Below are positions 19,400 through 29,288 of a stretch of DNA of 64,000 nt, piece by piece; the stretch's first letter is position 1, and each line of letters starts with the position of its first letter. Origin of the DNA: a virus (taxonomy: Duplodnaviria > Caudoviricetes); IMG/VR virus record IMGVR_UViG_3300024229_000651. One strand, 5' to 3'. The notes below the pieces were generated by a model. That model made no database searches. It was not told where the DNA came from and saw only the letters and a list, made by a program, of their open reading frames with translations. The position numbers were made by a program, and so were the translations under genes.

Positions 19400-20701
19400 A
19401 TGTCTTACAGTAAAACATTCTGTCCATACCCCTGGATACATGTGATGACACAACCTAGTAGTACAGTAAATTTTTGCTGTGTAGCGCAAGGGCAAATCAA
19501 GCGGGACGACGGAAGAGTATTCTACATGAAGTATGTAGATAAACTTGAAGATGTTTGGAACAATAATCATTACAGAATGATTAGAAGACAGATGATAGAA
19601 GGCGAAGAGGTCGAAGGCTGTAAACCTTGTTACGATTTAGAAAAAGTTGGAATACCAAGTTATAGAGAAAACTACATTAGGGACTGGATGGGCTTCCACC
19701 CAAAAGCAGACGAAGTAAAAGCTCGCATTGAAAAAAGTATAGACCAAGATTACTATGTAGACGAACCACCAATGTATTTAGATTTTAGACTAGGAACATT
19801 ATGTAACCTACGTTGTAGAATGTGCCAGAGTCAAAACAGTAGCGCAATATATAAAGAGATGCTAGACGAAGATATCTACGATGAAGACGAAAAACAATTT
19901 ATTATTGACCAAACACATTGGGGAGACTTTAGTGATTATACATTTAATTGGTACGACAGTCCTAGGTTCCTAGATGCCGTTGAACAATGGTTGCCACATG
20001 TTAACAAACTTTATTTTACAGGCGGTGAACCTACAATCATTCAACGTGTATATTGGATTATGGAAAAGTGTGTAGAGTTAGACATAGCAAAAGATATCGA
20101 GCTAGTGTTCAACAGTAACATGACAAACATACAACCAAAATTCTTAGAGATCTGTGGCAAGTTTAAACATGTACTAATGTGTATAAGCGTAGACGGTTTT
20201 GCTGAAACAAACGAGTACATCAGAGGCGGCAGTACATGGAGTGTTGTGGACAAGCATATCAGAGAATACTCAACGTCAGAAGTTGTAGGTAATATACTGT
20301 TTAGTCCCGTAGTACAAATATACAACCTGTTTCAAATAACAGACCTAGTAGACTACGCTGAGGAAATCACAAAAGAAAGCGGCAGACGAGTTAACTTGAG
20401 TTTCATTGTTAACAACTACCCAGAGTGCTTAGACATCAGAAACTTGCCTAAGTCAGCAAGATTAGCCGCACAGGAATATTTAATGTCATGGATGAACGAG
20501 AGCGAGTTTATTAAAGGTGACCCTGATGCTCTCAACACTGTAGTAGGACTGATTAACAGTTTAGACGATGAACATGTAAAGGACAATGCAGAAGAGCAAA
20601 TGGAAATATTCCAAAAATACACAGACTTATTAGATGACAAGCGTGATCAAGACATCAGTCAAGTGTCGCCCGAACTATGGAAACATATCAAATGGCGCTA
20701 G
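19400..20701 (+). CDS. N-twitch radical SAM protein (rSAM-9)
   Basis: CNLRCRMC, TGGEPT, FCPYPW...FCC...CKPCY. Confidence 0.9.
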   Translation: MSYSKTFCPYPWIHVMTQPSSTVNFCCVAQGQIKRDDGRVFYMKYVDKLEDVWNNNHYRMIRRQMIEGEEVEGCKPCYDLEKVGIPSYRENYIRDWMGFHPKADEVKARIEKSIDQDYYVDEPPMYLDFRLGTLCNLRCRMCQSQNSSAIYKEMLDEDIYDEDEKQFIIDQTHWGDFSDYTFNWYDSPRFLDAVEQWLPHVNKLYFTGGEPTIIQRVYWIMEKCVELDIAKDIELVFNSNMTNIQPKFLEICGKFKHVLMCISVDGFAETNEYIRGGSTWSVVDKHIREYSTSEVVGNILFSPVVQIYNLFQITDLVDYAEEITKESGRRVNLSFIVNNYPECLDIRNLPKSARLAAQEYLMSWMNESEFIKGDPDALNTVVGLINSLDDEHVKDNAEEQMEIFQKYTDLLDDKRDQDISQVSPELWKHIKWR

Positions 20702-21414
20702 AAGATAAAAAATATCTATATGCAGTAGGGTGTTCCCATTTTGCTGGAAGCGAGATTGACGGACCAGAGCAGTCTACACGAACGGCAAACAGTTTAAACA
20801 AAGCTATACCGGGTAGATTGGCAAAACATTTTAACCTTAACTATATAAACGTAGCAAAGCCTGCGGGCAGTAACGGGTTTATTTACAGGACTGTTATAGA
20901 AATTGTACAAGAGTGGATACACAAAGGACGAGACCCCTCGGAGCTATTTTTTGTGTTGGGATGGAGTACTGACGAGAGATATGAATTTACTTGGGAAGGC
21001 GAGCACTGGCATTGGGCAAACGGCAAAGATTCCTCTCTGATACACAAAGGTGGTATTGGCCCAGACTTTACTAATTGGTTCAAGGCACTGCAATTGTACA
21101 ATACCGACTTTATGTTCGGAGCACATAAAAAGTTACTAAATATAATAACATTGCACGAGTACCTCTCTAGTAGAAATATTCAATATGTGCAACTTGCAAG
21201 TTGCGGGAAAATAGATCCTTCAACGTGGGAAGACAATGAGTGTATATTACATGATTTTCCTTACCACACATATTTTGAGCCTACTGATAGTTTTATAGAT
21301 CAGTACTTAGATATGGAAGCTGAACATTTTACGCCGTGGCTACATGCAGATGCATACTTGCACAACAAGCATGCAGAGAAATTGATAAATTTTATCGAGA
21401 CTAATTATGAATAA
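20692..21414 (+). CDS. SGNH/GDSL-like hydrolase or acyltransferase
   Basis: AVGCSHFAG block I-like, NxAxxxGSN block II-like, C-terminal H. Start moved to MALED; the ORF track starts at 20677. Confidence 0.55.
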   Translation: MALEDKKYLYAVGCSHFAGSEIDGPEQSTRTANSLNKAIPGRLAKHFNLNYINVAKPAGSNGFIYRTVIEIVQEWIHKGRDPSELFFVLGWSTDERYEFTWEGEHWHWANGKDSSLIHKGGIGPDFTNWFKALQLYNTDFMFGAHKKLLNIITLHEYLSSRNIQYVQLASCGKIDPSTWEDNECILHDFPYHTYFEPTDSFIDQYLDMEAEHFTPWLHADAYLHNKHAEKLINFIETNYE

Positions 21415-21613
21415 AGATGACATGGGCGAATTAGGTCCAGCTGAAAAAGTTGTTGATATGGGTGACTTACACGGTAATCCAATACCAGAAGAAAAGCCTG
21501 GCACAGTACAAAAAATCACACAAGCAGACTTGGAACTTTCAGATGAAGAAGAAGAGATGCTTAAAAAGAAACTTGAACGAATTAGAAAATCGGATCCATT
21601 TATATACAGATGA
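21407..21613 (+). CDS. Small acidic hypothetical protein ending in KKLERIRKSDPFIYR
   Basis: Overlaps both neighbours (coupled on both sides) and lies directly upstream of the carbamoyltransferase. Confidence 0.65.
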   Translation: MNKDDMGELGPAEKVVDMGDLHGNPIPEEKPGTVQKITQADLELSDEEEEMLKKKLERIRKSDPFIYR

Positions 21614-23172
21614 GAATATTAGGAATAAGTTGTATGTTTCACGACGCTAGTGCATGCGTCATAGAAGACGGCCATATCATGTTTGCCGGTCACAGTGAGA
21701 GATACAGCAGAGACAAGAATGATCCTTTTTTAAATAAAGGCCTTATCCGTGATGCACTTAAACACGGTTTACCAGATGTTATTGTTCTGCATGAAAGTAC
21801 TAAGCTAAAAAACAAACGCAGACTGAAACAAATGAATTGGAGCAGTATAAAAGCTGCCTTAAGCGAGCCATCCGCTGAAGAATGGATAGAAAAGTTTTAC
21901 CCTGAACTTGCGGGAATTCCAGTTACTAACTGTCTACACCATGAAAGCCATGCTGCGGCAGGAGTATTTACTACTCCTGATGATTGGAGTGACGCAACTG
22001 TCATGACAATCGATGCTATTGGAGAATTCCAAACAGCAACAATATACAGATGGGAAACACACCGGGGAGGTGATACTAAATTAGATCTGATGCATGAGGT
22101 GTCTTATCCTAATAGTTTGGGGCTTTTTTATTCTGCTGTTACTGCTAAAGTCGGTCTAAAGCCTATGGAAGATGAATACATCTTAATGGGTATGGCTGCT
22201 TACGGTAAACCTCTATACAAAGACAAGATGAACAAAGAACTGTTTGCTATAGAAGATCCTTTTAGCTCGCCTAGAAGAGCATTAGAAACTATAGACATGA
22301 GCAAAGGACTACCCAAAAAGTTTATGCCTGTTGATATAATGCAGGACGAGTTAGAGCAAGTTAGATTTGATCTTGCAGCTAGTGCACAAGCTGTGTGCGA
22401 AGATCGAATATTAGCATACGCAACTCTAGCAAAAGAGTACTCACCTTTAAGCAAGCGGTTAGTGTTTATGGGTGGGTGCGCATTAAATTGTGTAGCGAAC
22501 AGTAGACTATATGAGCTGTTCGAAGATATACACATCATGCCTAATCCAGGCGATGCTGGTAGTAGTTTAGGTGCGGCGGCTATGTATTACTACTCCGTTA
22601 CAAAACAAAAAGTGAAGTGGGAAGGACCGTACCTAGGTTATAACATCGAAGGATCTTGGCCTAAAGAAAAGTTTTTAGAGAGCATGCGTAAAGGAGAGAT
22701 ATTCGGTATTGCTAATGGTAAAGCGGAATATGGTCCTCGGGCACTGGGCAACAGAAGTTTACTAGCTGACCCACGTGGCGATACTATCAAGGATAGAGTA
22801 AACGAAATAAAGCGTAGACAAAAGTTTAGACCATTTGCGCCAATCGTATTGGAAGAGCATGCAAACGATTGGTTCGAAATGCCTGGGGACAAACCTTCAA
22901 GTCCATACATGCAGTTTGTTGCAAAATGTAAAAGACCAGATGAAGTTCCTGCTATTGTGCATGGCGACGGCACTAGTCGAGTACAAACTGTTAACAGACA
23001 CGACCATCCAGAACTTTATCATGCAATGAGGCTTTGGCATACTGAATCAGGTTGCCCTATTGTATTAAACACTAGTTTGAACATTAAAGGTCAGCCAATA
23101 GTAAACACAGAGAAAGACGCAGAGGAATTCCAGAAGCACTACGGAGTTCCTGTGCATATAAGAGATGACTGA
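21610..23172 (+). CDS. Carbamoyltransferase (NodU/CmcH/TobZ family)
   Basis: HDASA, HSERYSR, HHESHA, GGCALNC, DAGSSLGAA, GPRALGNRS, RPFAP, VHGDGTSRVQTV, LNTSLN. Confidence 0.95.
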   Translation: MRILGISCMFHDASACVIEDGHIMFAGHSERYSRDKNDPFLNKGLIRDALKHGLPDVIVLHESTKLKNKRRLKQMNWSSIKAALSEPSAEEWIEKFYPELAGIPVTNCLHHESHAAAGVFTTPDDWSDATVMTIDAIGEFQTATIYRWETHRGGDTKLDLMHEVSYPNSLGLFYSAVTAKVGLKPMEDEYILMGMAAYGKPLYKDKMNKELFAIEDPFSSPRRALETIDMSKGLPKKFMPVDIMQDELEQVRFDLAASAQAVCEDRILAYATLAKEYSPLSKRLVFMGGCALNCVANSRLYELFEDIHIMPNPGDAGSSLGAAAMYYYSVTKQKVKWEGPYLGYNIEGSWPKEKFLESMRKGEIFGIANGKAEYGPRALGNRSLLADPRGDTIKDRVNEIKRRQKFRPFAPIVLEEHANDWFEMPGDKPSSPYMQFVAKCKRPDEVPAIVHGDGTSRVQTVNRHDHPELYHAMRLWHTESGCPIVLNTSLNIKGQPIVNTEKDAEEFQKHYGVPVHIRDD

Positions 23173-23434
23173 TTCTGATCGCAGTGCGGCTGATGATCTA
23201 GATGATCTAATGTACATATCTCTTAATCCGTGGCTGTATGATGATGCACTCACTAAAGAAGAATGTATGATGTGGAAACTAAAAAACACATGTCATGTGT
23301 GTGGTATATCAGTAAAATACCACAGAGACGATTGTGCTTTCAGTGCACCTCAGCTAAGTTTTGCAGCTATTAAAGCAGGCAATTACACTTTAGACACACG
23401 CAATTACACACTAACGAAAAATAAAAATGTATGA
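23165..23434 (+). CDS. Small hypothetical protein with Cys/His cluster
   Basis: CHVC...H...C; overlaps both neighbours. Confidence 0.5.
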   Translation: MTDSDRSAADDLDDLMYISLNPWLYDDALTKEECMMWKLKNTCHVCGISVKYHRDDCAFSAPQLSFAAIKAGNYTLDTRNYTLTKNKNV

Positions 23435-26400
23435 TATTTTTTATATTGGCAACAATACAGAACTAAAAGAAAAATACCCTTTTAGTAAACAGATAGATAA
23501 TGCGGATCGTATTAAATCTAATACAGCACTGTATTGGTTAGTAGAAAGTAATACGTCTATTACTGATTGGGAAATATTTGAATTCAAGCCTGATCAGTAC
23601 ACAGTAACATATGAACACAAATGGAAATGGAATGATGAGAATTACGGCGGGGTAGTTCTCGTTCCTAAAACAGGCGGGGCTGATACTGTTTTCCATAATA
23701 AGATTGTATGCAAAAAACAGTTTGATATTTTACTGCAAGAGACACCAGGGGAATACTTTGAGGACAACCCACACTCCAGCCACGTATGGTGTGTAGATCC
23801 TCAATATGTTTTAGGCGATGATATAAATTGGGCACCGGGGAATTTTGAACCAGACTTTATTCATAGCTTTCATTTACGTGGGCAACTTGAATTCAAGTAT
23901 CCAGAACTTGAAGGGGGAATCAAGTTGTACCCACGTGAGTGGTCTTCAGCACAATTTAAATACCATAAGTTCTTAGACACAACACTCGACTATCCTATTA
24001 TGTATGTAGCAGATGTCGACGACTATGCACAACGTGATATTCATAAAGACGATTACGTTTGGTTAATTGATAAAGAACATTGTATAAACCAGACAACAGT
24101 GGACTGGGTTCCCAATCCGTTTGAAAAAGAATTCGTGCACTGTTTTAAAATGCATTACCAGCTAAAAGAAAAATACCCTATGGCCATGGGCGGCATCAAG
24201 TTAGTTCCTACAAATTGGAAAGATGCTGAGTTAAAAATACATCCTGCGTGTCCTATAGAGGATGAAAGTTACGATGTATTTTATATAGACGATGACGAAT
24301 TCACTAGTGATACTTATAACGAGTATGCATCAAGGAGTAAGACTGACTGGTTTTGGGTCGTCGACAGAGACTTTACATTCAACGGCAAACTATTATTTGT
24401 GCCAGCGCAACACGAACAAGAGTATATACATGTGTTTAAAGTGCCTGGACATTTAGAAGAACGTTATCCAGCTGACGTAAAGGACTCATGGGATATAAGA
24501 TGCGGCGGCGTTAGACTAGTCAATAAACATTTTGATATGACCAAGCATAAGTTTCAGGAAGACATTGTTCCAATTAGATACGATATATTTTATGTAGACG
24601 ATTTAAACGATTATGCAACACCTGCAAGAAAAAGTAGAACAAAGATGTTTTGGCTTATAGACAGCGAACATCAAATTAATGAGGAGTTTAAATATGTACC
24701 ACAACGATATGACCAAAAATACATACAGGTATTCAAGTTTCCAGGTGACTTGGAACACAAGTACCCAAGAAACATTACAAATATCAGCGACAACAGAGCA
24801 GGAGGTATCAAACTTGTTCCTATCAATGGGAATGGCGAATCCAAATTCATCGACCAAAACCCAGTCGGCGGCAAAACGTACCCCATCCGATTTACTGACG
24901 ATGCAGATGAATCACTTACAGAAGATACTTGGATAGTACCTACAGCGTTTGAAGATGTTATTAGTAGTATACCATGGCAACCCAGTGTGTTTGAAAAGAA
25001 TACACAACACGTATTTGCTCATGGATTGTTACGCTGGATGCCTCTAGACTGGAACGGAGAAATTAGGGAACACGATTTTAGTCCAGTTATAATAGACATC
25101 ACATACGAAAAATTTAGTAGTTACCAAGAAGGACTAGAGCATAGCAAGTTTAACTGGTTTTGGGTAGTTAGTCCTCATGTCAGTGTACTAGAAGATTTCG
25201 ATTGGAACTTCCAACCTAATGTATTTGATGAAGGCAAAGCTCATGTCTGGCAAAAGCTAAACCCTATAACAAAAAAACAATACGACTATGGTGGTGTTGA
25301 GCTAAGGCACAAGCACGAAAAACGTGGGCGTCCTAAGTATGTTAGAGAACATGCATGTACACAAAACGTCTATCCTATATATGTATTAACAGCAAACGAT
25401 TATGCAAACGGATTAAAGTACGCATACGAACAACTGGCAAGCAAAACAGAAACAAATATGTTTTGGGTAGTCGACGCATTTGTAGATATAGATCAGCAGT
25501 TTGACTTCAGTTACTATCCTACGCAATATGATACTAGCGTGGTGCATGCTTGGCAACATGCTAGTACAAATAGATCAAGCGGTGTACGATTGCTACCGGT
25601 TGATATAGAAATTATTAACGACAAACAGATTGTAGAAAACAGTTTTGAAAAAATAAAGTTACTACCCGAAGTAGCAACAAAAGATCAAGTGTGGAGTGTG
25701 GTACATCTGACCAGTAACACTGTAGACGAAATTAACTCAGTACTTGATAAACATAGCGGTTACGTATGGACAGTTGATCCAGGTACTAACGTAGATCAAG
25801 ATACTATTGATAAAAGTTTTATACCACATGTAGATAATATACCATTTGTACACGTTTGGAAAGATGCTGACGGAGGATACGGTTCTTTAAAACTGTGGCC
25901 GACAAACTACGACACTAGTAGTTTAACAGATGAGCAAGTGTCTACTTCCAGCATAACAGACCAAGTTATAGTGGACACAGTAGCCGCACAACAAACGCAA
26001 TATCCAATATACTACTTGGATACATTAGACACATCAACGGGCTTACGTGACGTTTACGAGCGTCTAGCGAGCGATACTAGCAGTAGAATGTTCTGGGTAG
26101 TAGATGCACACACAACGGTCATGGATACGTTTGACTTTACGTTTAAGCCTTCGCAGTTTGATATGGACACAGTCCATGTCTGGCAACATGCAGGTGAGAC
26201 GAGAAATAGTGCTGTAAGATTATTACCTACCGCTACTGTGTTTAAAAACAACAAGCAAATTATCGACAACAGCTTCACAAAACTAAAACAAGTACCCCAG
26301 GTAGCGTCAAGAGATCCTGTATGGCCCGTAGTTAAACTAGAAGAGTTAACAACAAAAGAAATTACACATGTATTAAAACATGCAGAAACAAACTATGTAT

Positions 26401-29288
26401 GGACTGTTGAACCAGGGATAGAGTTAGACAGTGCATTAGTTGAACGCAGTTATGTGCCTGAATACTATCATAAAGATGCGGTTCATGTTTGGAAAAACAA
26501 AGGCACGGACGGTTACGGTGGGTTGCGTTTATGGCCTAGCGATTTTGACACAAGCAACCTGACAGACAAGAAGGTAGCAACGTGTAGTATACCTGGACAG
26601 TTTATATTGGACAGTGAAGCTGGTTCTCAAAAGCAATTCCCCGTGTACTACTTAACTAACAACGACTACGACAGAAGTTTAGTTGCTGTGTACAAAGAGC
26701 TTGCAGAAAATACAGACACACGAATGTTTTGGGTAGTTGAACCAAATGTACAAGTAAACGACGATTTCGATTTTAATTTTATGCCTTCCCAATTTGATAT
26801 GGATGTTGTACATGTTTGGGAACATTCAGGTAGCACACTCACTTCAGGTGTTAAACTAATTCCAACTAATATCGAATTCAAACATGATAAACAAATATTA
26901 GAGAATAACTACAACAAATTAAAAACAATTAACAGCACGGCATCACACGACGATAAGTGGCCGATAGTTACACTTAGTAAATTAAATGTAGACGAAGTGA
27001 TGTCAGCATTGTCTAAGAACAATAGCAGTGCATATGTGTGGACGCATGATGTTAACATTGATTTAGATCAATCTGTAATCGACGACAGTTACATACCTGA
27101 CTTCGCAAACAGAAACAATGTACATGTTTGGAAAAATAACGATACAGAAGGCTATGGCGGATTACGACTATGGCCTACAAATTATAATGTAAGCAGTCTT
27201 TCCGATGAGCAAGTACTCACATGTAGTATACCAGATCAGTTTATTCTAGACAGTACTGCTGGCTCACAAAAACTATATCCGGTATACCGTTTAACATCAC
27301 AAGACATTAAAAACGGTTTAAAGGAAACATACCAGCGTCTATCTGATCAAACAGAAACTAGAATGTTTTGGGTAGTAGATGCATTTGTAAACGTAAACGA
27401 GGACTTTGATTTTACATATGCTCCTTCACAGTTTGATACAGATGTTGTTCATGTATGGAAACATGCAAGTACAAGTAGACAAACAGGAGTGAGATTGATG
27501 CCAACAGATCTCCAATACGATTCTGATTTACAGATTAACGATAATAGTTTTGCTAAATTGAAAAAAATAGCAACTATAGCATCGCACGATCCTGTATGGC
27601 CTATAGAGAAATTTGAAACTGTGGATGTTGAAAACTTACGCAGTATGTTGGAAAAGCACAACTCTGCAGACTTTATATGGACCGTTGATCCTGATATCGA
27701 GTTAGACGAAACGATTGTGCATCAAAGTATTATTCCTCACTTGAATAATATAAATGTTGTTCACGTGTGGAAACGCACTGATAGCGAAGGGCTTGTTGTA
27801 GGACATGGCGGACTTAGACTGTGGCCTACGTGGTTCGATACAAGCAGTATAACAGATGATCAATTGATCACAAGCAGTGTACCAGACCAATTAATCTTGG
27901 ACAGCGTAGCAGGACCACAAAAACAATTCCCAATACTAGAACTAAACACTAGTACTGATGTAATAGAACAGATCAAACAGTTTGAAGAACAATGCGACAG
28001 TACAATGTATTGGTGCGTTGATCCAAATGTCACGTATGTAGACGATTGGAGTTTTGATTATATACCAACCAAGTGGGAAGAACATGTAGTTCACGTGTTC
28101 TTAGACAGCACAGACGAGCCTCGCAGTGTGAGACTGATACCGACTGGCACAGTAACGTCAGGGAATATAACAGTTAAACACATGGTTAATAACAGTTTTG
28201 ATGATCTAAAGGTAGTATATAGGCACGCCACACGCCCCACTGTATTGCCCGTGTACGGCTTTAATATAGAAAGTAGTATCAACACAGCGAGTACTAAGAG
28301 TTTAAAACAACAATTAGAACTGTTTTCTGAGCTTGCAGAAGGCAAGCCATTCTTCACACTCGATGACGATATCACTGTGATCGATGACTTTGACTATGCA
28401 CACACTGCACAGCTAGACAGTGTGGATAAAACGCATGTGTGGCAACGATTAAATCCACGTACTGGTAACACACACAGTTACGGAGGAATAAGACAGTGGC
28501 CCAATCCTCCTACATTAGCACTAAAAGAACTGACAACTGATCGTATCAAAATGAACAGAATGGATGGCCGAAAGCTACAGTACGTGAAACAGCCTGGTTG
28601 CAGTTTTAAAGAGTATTGTATTGTGATGTTGAGCTACCAAGAAGACATTGACCTTGTGGAACAGCGCATACAACGCATACAACAACAGACTGGTAGTGAC
28701 GTTATACATGTACGTGGTATCGAAGGCATATTCAATGCACACAAAGCTGCTGCAAGCAAAGTAAACAGCAGTATGTTTTGGGTTGTTGATGCTGATGCAC
28801 ACATTAAAGATGACTTCGACTTCAGCTATATACCTGATGCATATGATCACGAAGTAGTACATGTGTGGGCCAGTGAGAATCCAATCACAGGAATGGAATA
28901 CGGTTATGGTGGTGTTAAACTGTTTAACACACAACAGGTATTAGACGCTACCAGCTGGGGGCTTGACTTTACCACAGGACTTAGCAGTCGATTCAAAGCA
29001 ATGCCAGAAGTAAGTTGTGTCACACAGTTCAACACAGATGCACACAGCACATGGCGTAGTGCATTCCGTGAGTGTGTGAAGCTGTCAATGAACACTGATG
29101 ACGAAAGCAAGAAGAGATTAGAAGGATGGCTACACCCTGTGCCAAATGCTGACTTTAGACATTATGCTAAACTGGGTGCAGAACAAGGTGTAGCACATGC
29201 CAAACAGCATGCCAATAACAGTGCACAGTTAGCAAATATAAATGATTTCAATTGGCTATGGGAGAAGTATAACCGTGGCAGCGAATAG
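23427..29288 (+). CDS. 1953-aa repeat protein: about 17 degenerate GT-A-like units plus one complete C-terminal GT-A (GT2-like) domain
   Basis: Recurrent unit (Y/W)P...(F/V)W(V/T)V(D/E)...HVW...GG(V/L)(R/K)L. The last domain has GIFNAHKAAA...FWVVDAD (DxD) and YGYGGVKLF. Confidence 0.75.
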   Translation: MYDIFYIGNNTELKEKYPFSKQIDNADRIKSNTALYWLVESNTSITDWEIFEFKPDQYTVTYEHKWKWNDENYGGVVLVPKTGGADTVFHNKIVCKKQFDILLQETPGEYFEDNPHSSHVWCVDPQYVLGDDINWAPGNFEPDFIHSFHLRGQLEFKYPELEGGIKLYPREWSSAQFKYHKFLDTTLDYPIMYVADVDDYAQRDIHKDDYVWLIDKEHCINQTTVDWVPNPFEKEFVHCFKMHYQLKEKYPMAMGGIKLVPTNWKDAELKIHPACPIEDESYDVFYIDDDEFTSDTYNEYASRSKTDWFWVVDRDFTFNGKLLFVPAQHEQEYIHVFKVPGHLEERYPADVKDSWDIRCGGVRLVNKHFDMTKHKFQEDIVPIRYDIFYVDDLNDYATPARKSRTKMFWLIDSEHQINEEFKYVPQRYDQKYIQVFKFPGDLEHKYPRNITNISDNRAGGIKLVPINGNGESKFIDQNPVGGKTYPIRFTDDADESLTEDTWIVPTAFEDVISSIPWQPSVFEKNTQHVFAHGLLRWMPLDWNGEIREHDFSPVIIDITYEKFSSYQEGLEHSKFNWFWVVSPHVSVLEDFDWNFQPNVFDEGKAHVWQKLNPITKKQYDYGGVELRHKHEKRGRPKYVREHACTQNVYPIYVLTANDYANGLKYAYEQLASKTETNMFWVVDAFVDIDQQFDFSYYPTQYDTSVVHAWQHASTNRSSGVRLLPVDIEIINDKQIVENSFEKIKLLPEVATKDQVWSVVHLTSNTVDEINSVLDKHSGYVWTVDPGTNVDQDTIDKSFIPHVDNIPFVHVWKDADGGYGSLKLWPTNYDTSSLTDEQVSTSSITDQVIVDTVAAQQTQYPIYYLDTLDTSTGLRDVYERLASDTSSRMFWVVDAHTTVMDTFDFTFKPSQFDMDTVHVWQHAGETRNSAVRLLPTATVFKNNKQIIDNSFTKLKQVPQVASRDPVWPVVKLEELTTKEITHVLKHAETNYVWTVEPGIELDSALVERSYVPEYYHKDAVHVWKNKGTDGYGGLRLWPSDFDTSNLTDKKVATCSIPGQFILDSEAGSQKQFPVYYLTNNDYDRSLVAVYKELAENTDTRMFWVVEPNVQVNDDFDFNFMPSQFDMDVVHVWEHSGSTLTSGVKLIPTNIEFKHDKQILENNYNKLKTINSTASHDDKWPIVTLSKLNVDEVMSALSKNNSSAYVWTHDVNIDLDQSVIDDSYIPDFANRNNVHVWKNNDTEGYGGLRLWPTNYNVSSLSDEQVLTCSIPDQFILDSTAGSQKLYPVYRLTSQDIKNGLKETYQRLSDQTETRMFWVVDAFVNVNEDFDFTYAPSQFDTDVVHVWKHASTSRQTGVRLMPTDLQYDSDLQINDNSFAKLKKIATIASHDPVWPIEKFETVDVENLRSMLEKHNSADFIWTVDPDIELDETIVHQSIIPHLNNINVVHVWKRTDSEGLVVGHGGLRLWPTWFDTSSITDDQLITSSVPDQLILDSVAGPQKQFPILELNTSTDVIEQIKQFEEQCDSTMYWCVDPNVTYVDDWSFDYIPTKWEEHVVHVFLDSTDEPRSVRLIPTGTVTSGNITVKHMVNNSFDDLKVVYRHATRPTVLPVYGFNIESSINTASTKSLKQQLELFSELAEGKPFFTLDDDITVIDDFDYAHTAQLDSVDKTHVWQRLNPRTGNTHSYGGIRQWPNPPTLALKELTTDRIKMNRMDGRKLQYVKQPGCSFKEYCIVMLSYQEDIDLVEQRIQRIQQQTGSDVIHVRGIEGIFNAHKAAASKVNSSMFWVVDADAHIKDDFDFSYIPDAYDHEVVHVWASENPITGMEYGYGGVKLFNTQQVLDATSWGLDFTTGLSSRFKAMPEVSCVTQFNTDAHSTWRSAFRECVKLSMNTDDESKKRLEGWLHPVPNADFRHYAKLGAEQGVAHAKQHANNSAQLANINDFNWLWEKYNRGSE
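25458..28000 (+). repeat. Four-fold A/B dimer repeat (period 630, 636, 639 bp) inside the 1953-aa gene
   Basis: ATGTTYTGGGTAG (MFWV) starts at 25458, 26088, 26724 and 27363. Confidence 0.9.

Noticed and set aside
410-20701. RiPP cluster with a dedicated precursor peptide for the rSAM enzymes
   Set aside because: Genes abut or overlap with no room for a precursor. No RRE/PqqD domain, peptidase or transporter is visible, and neighbours are sugar-type enzymes. A distant precursor is not excluded.
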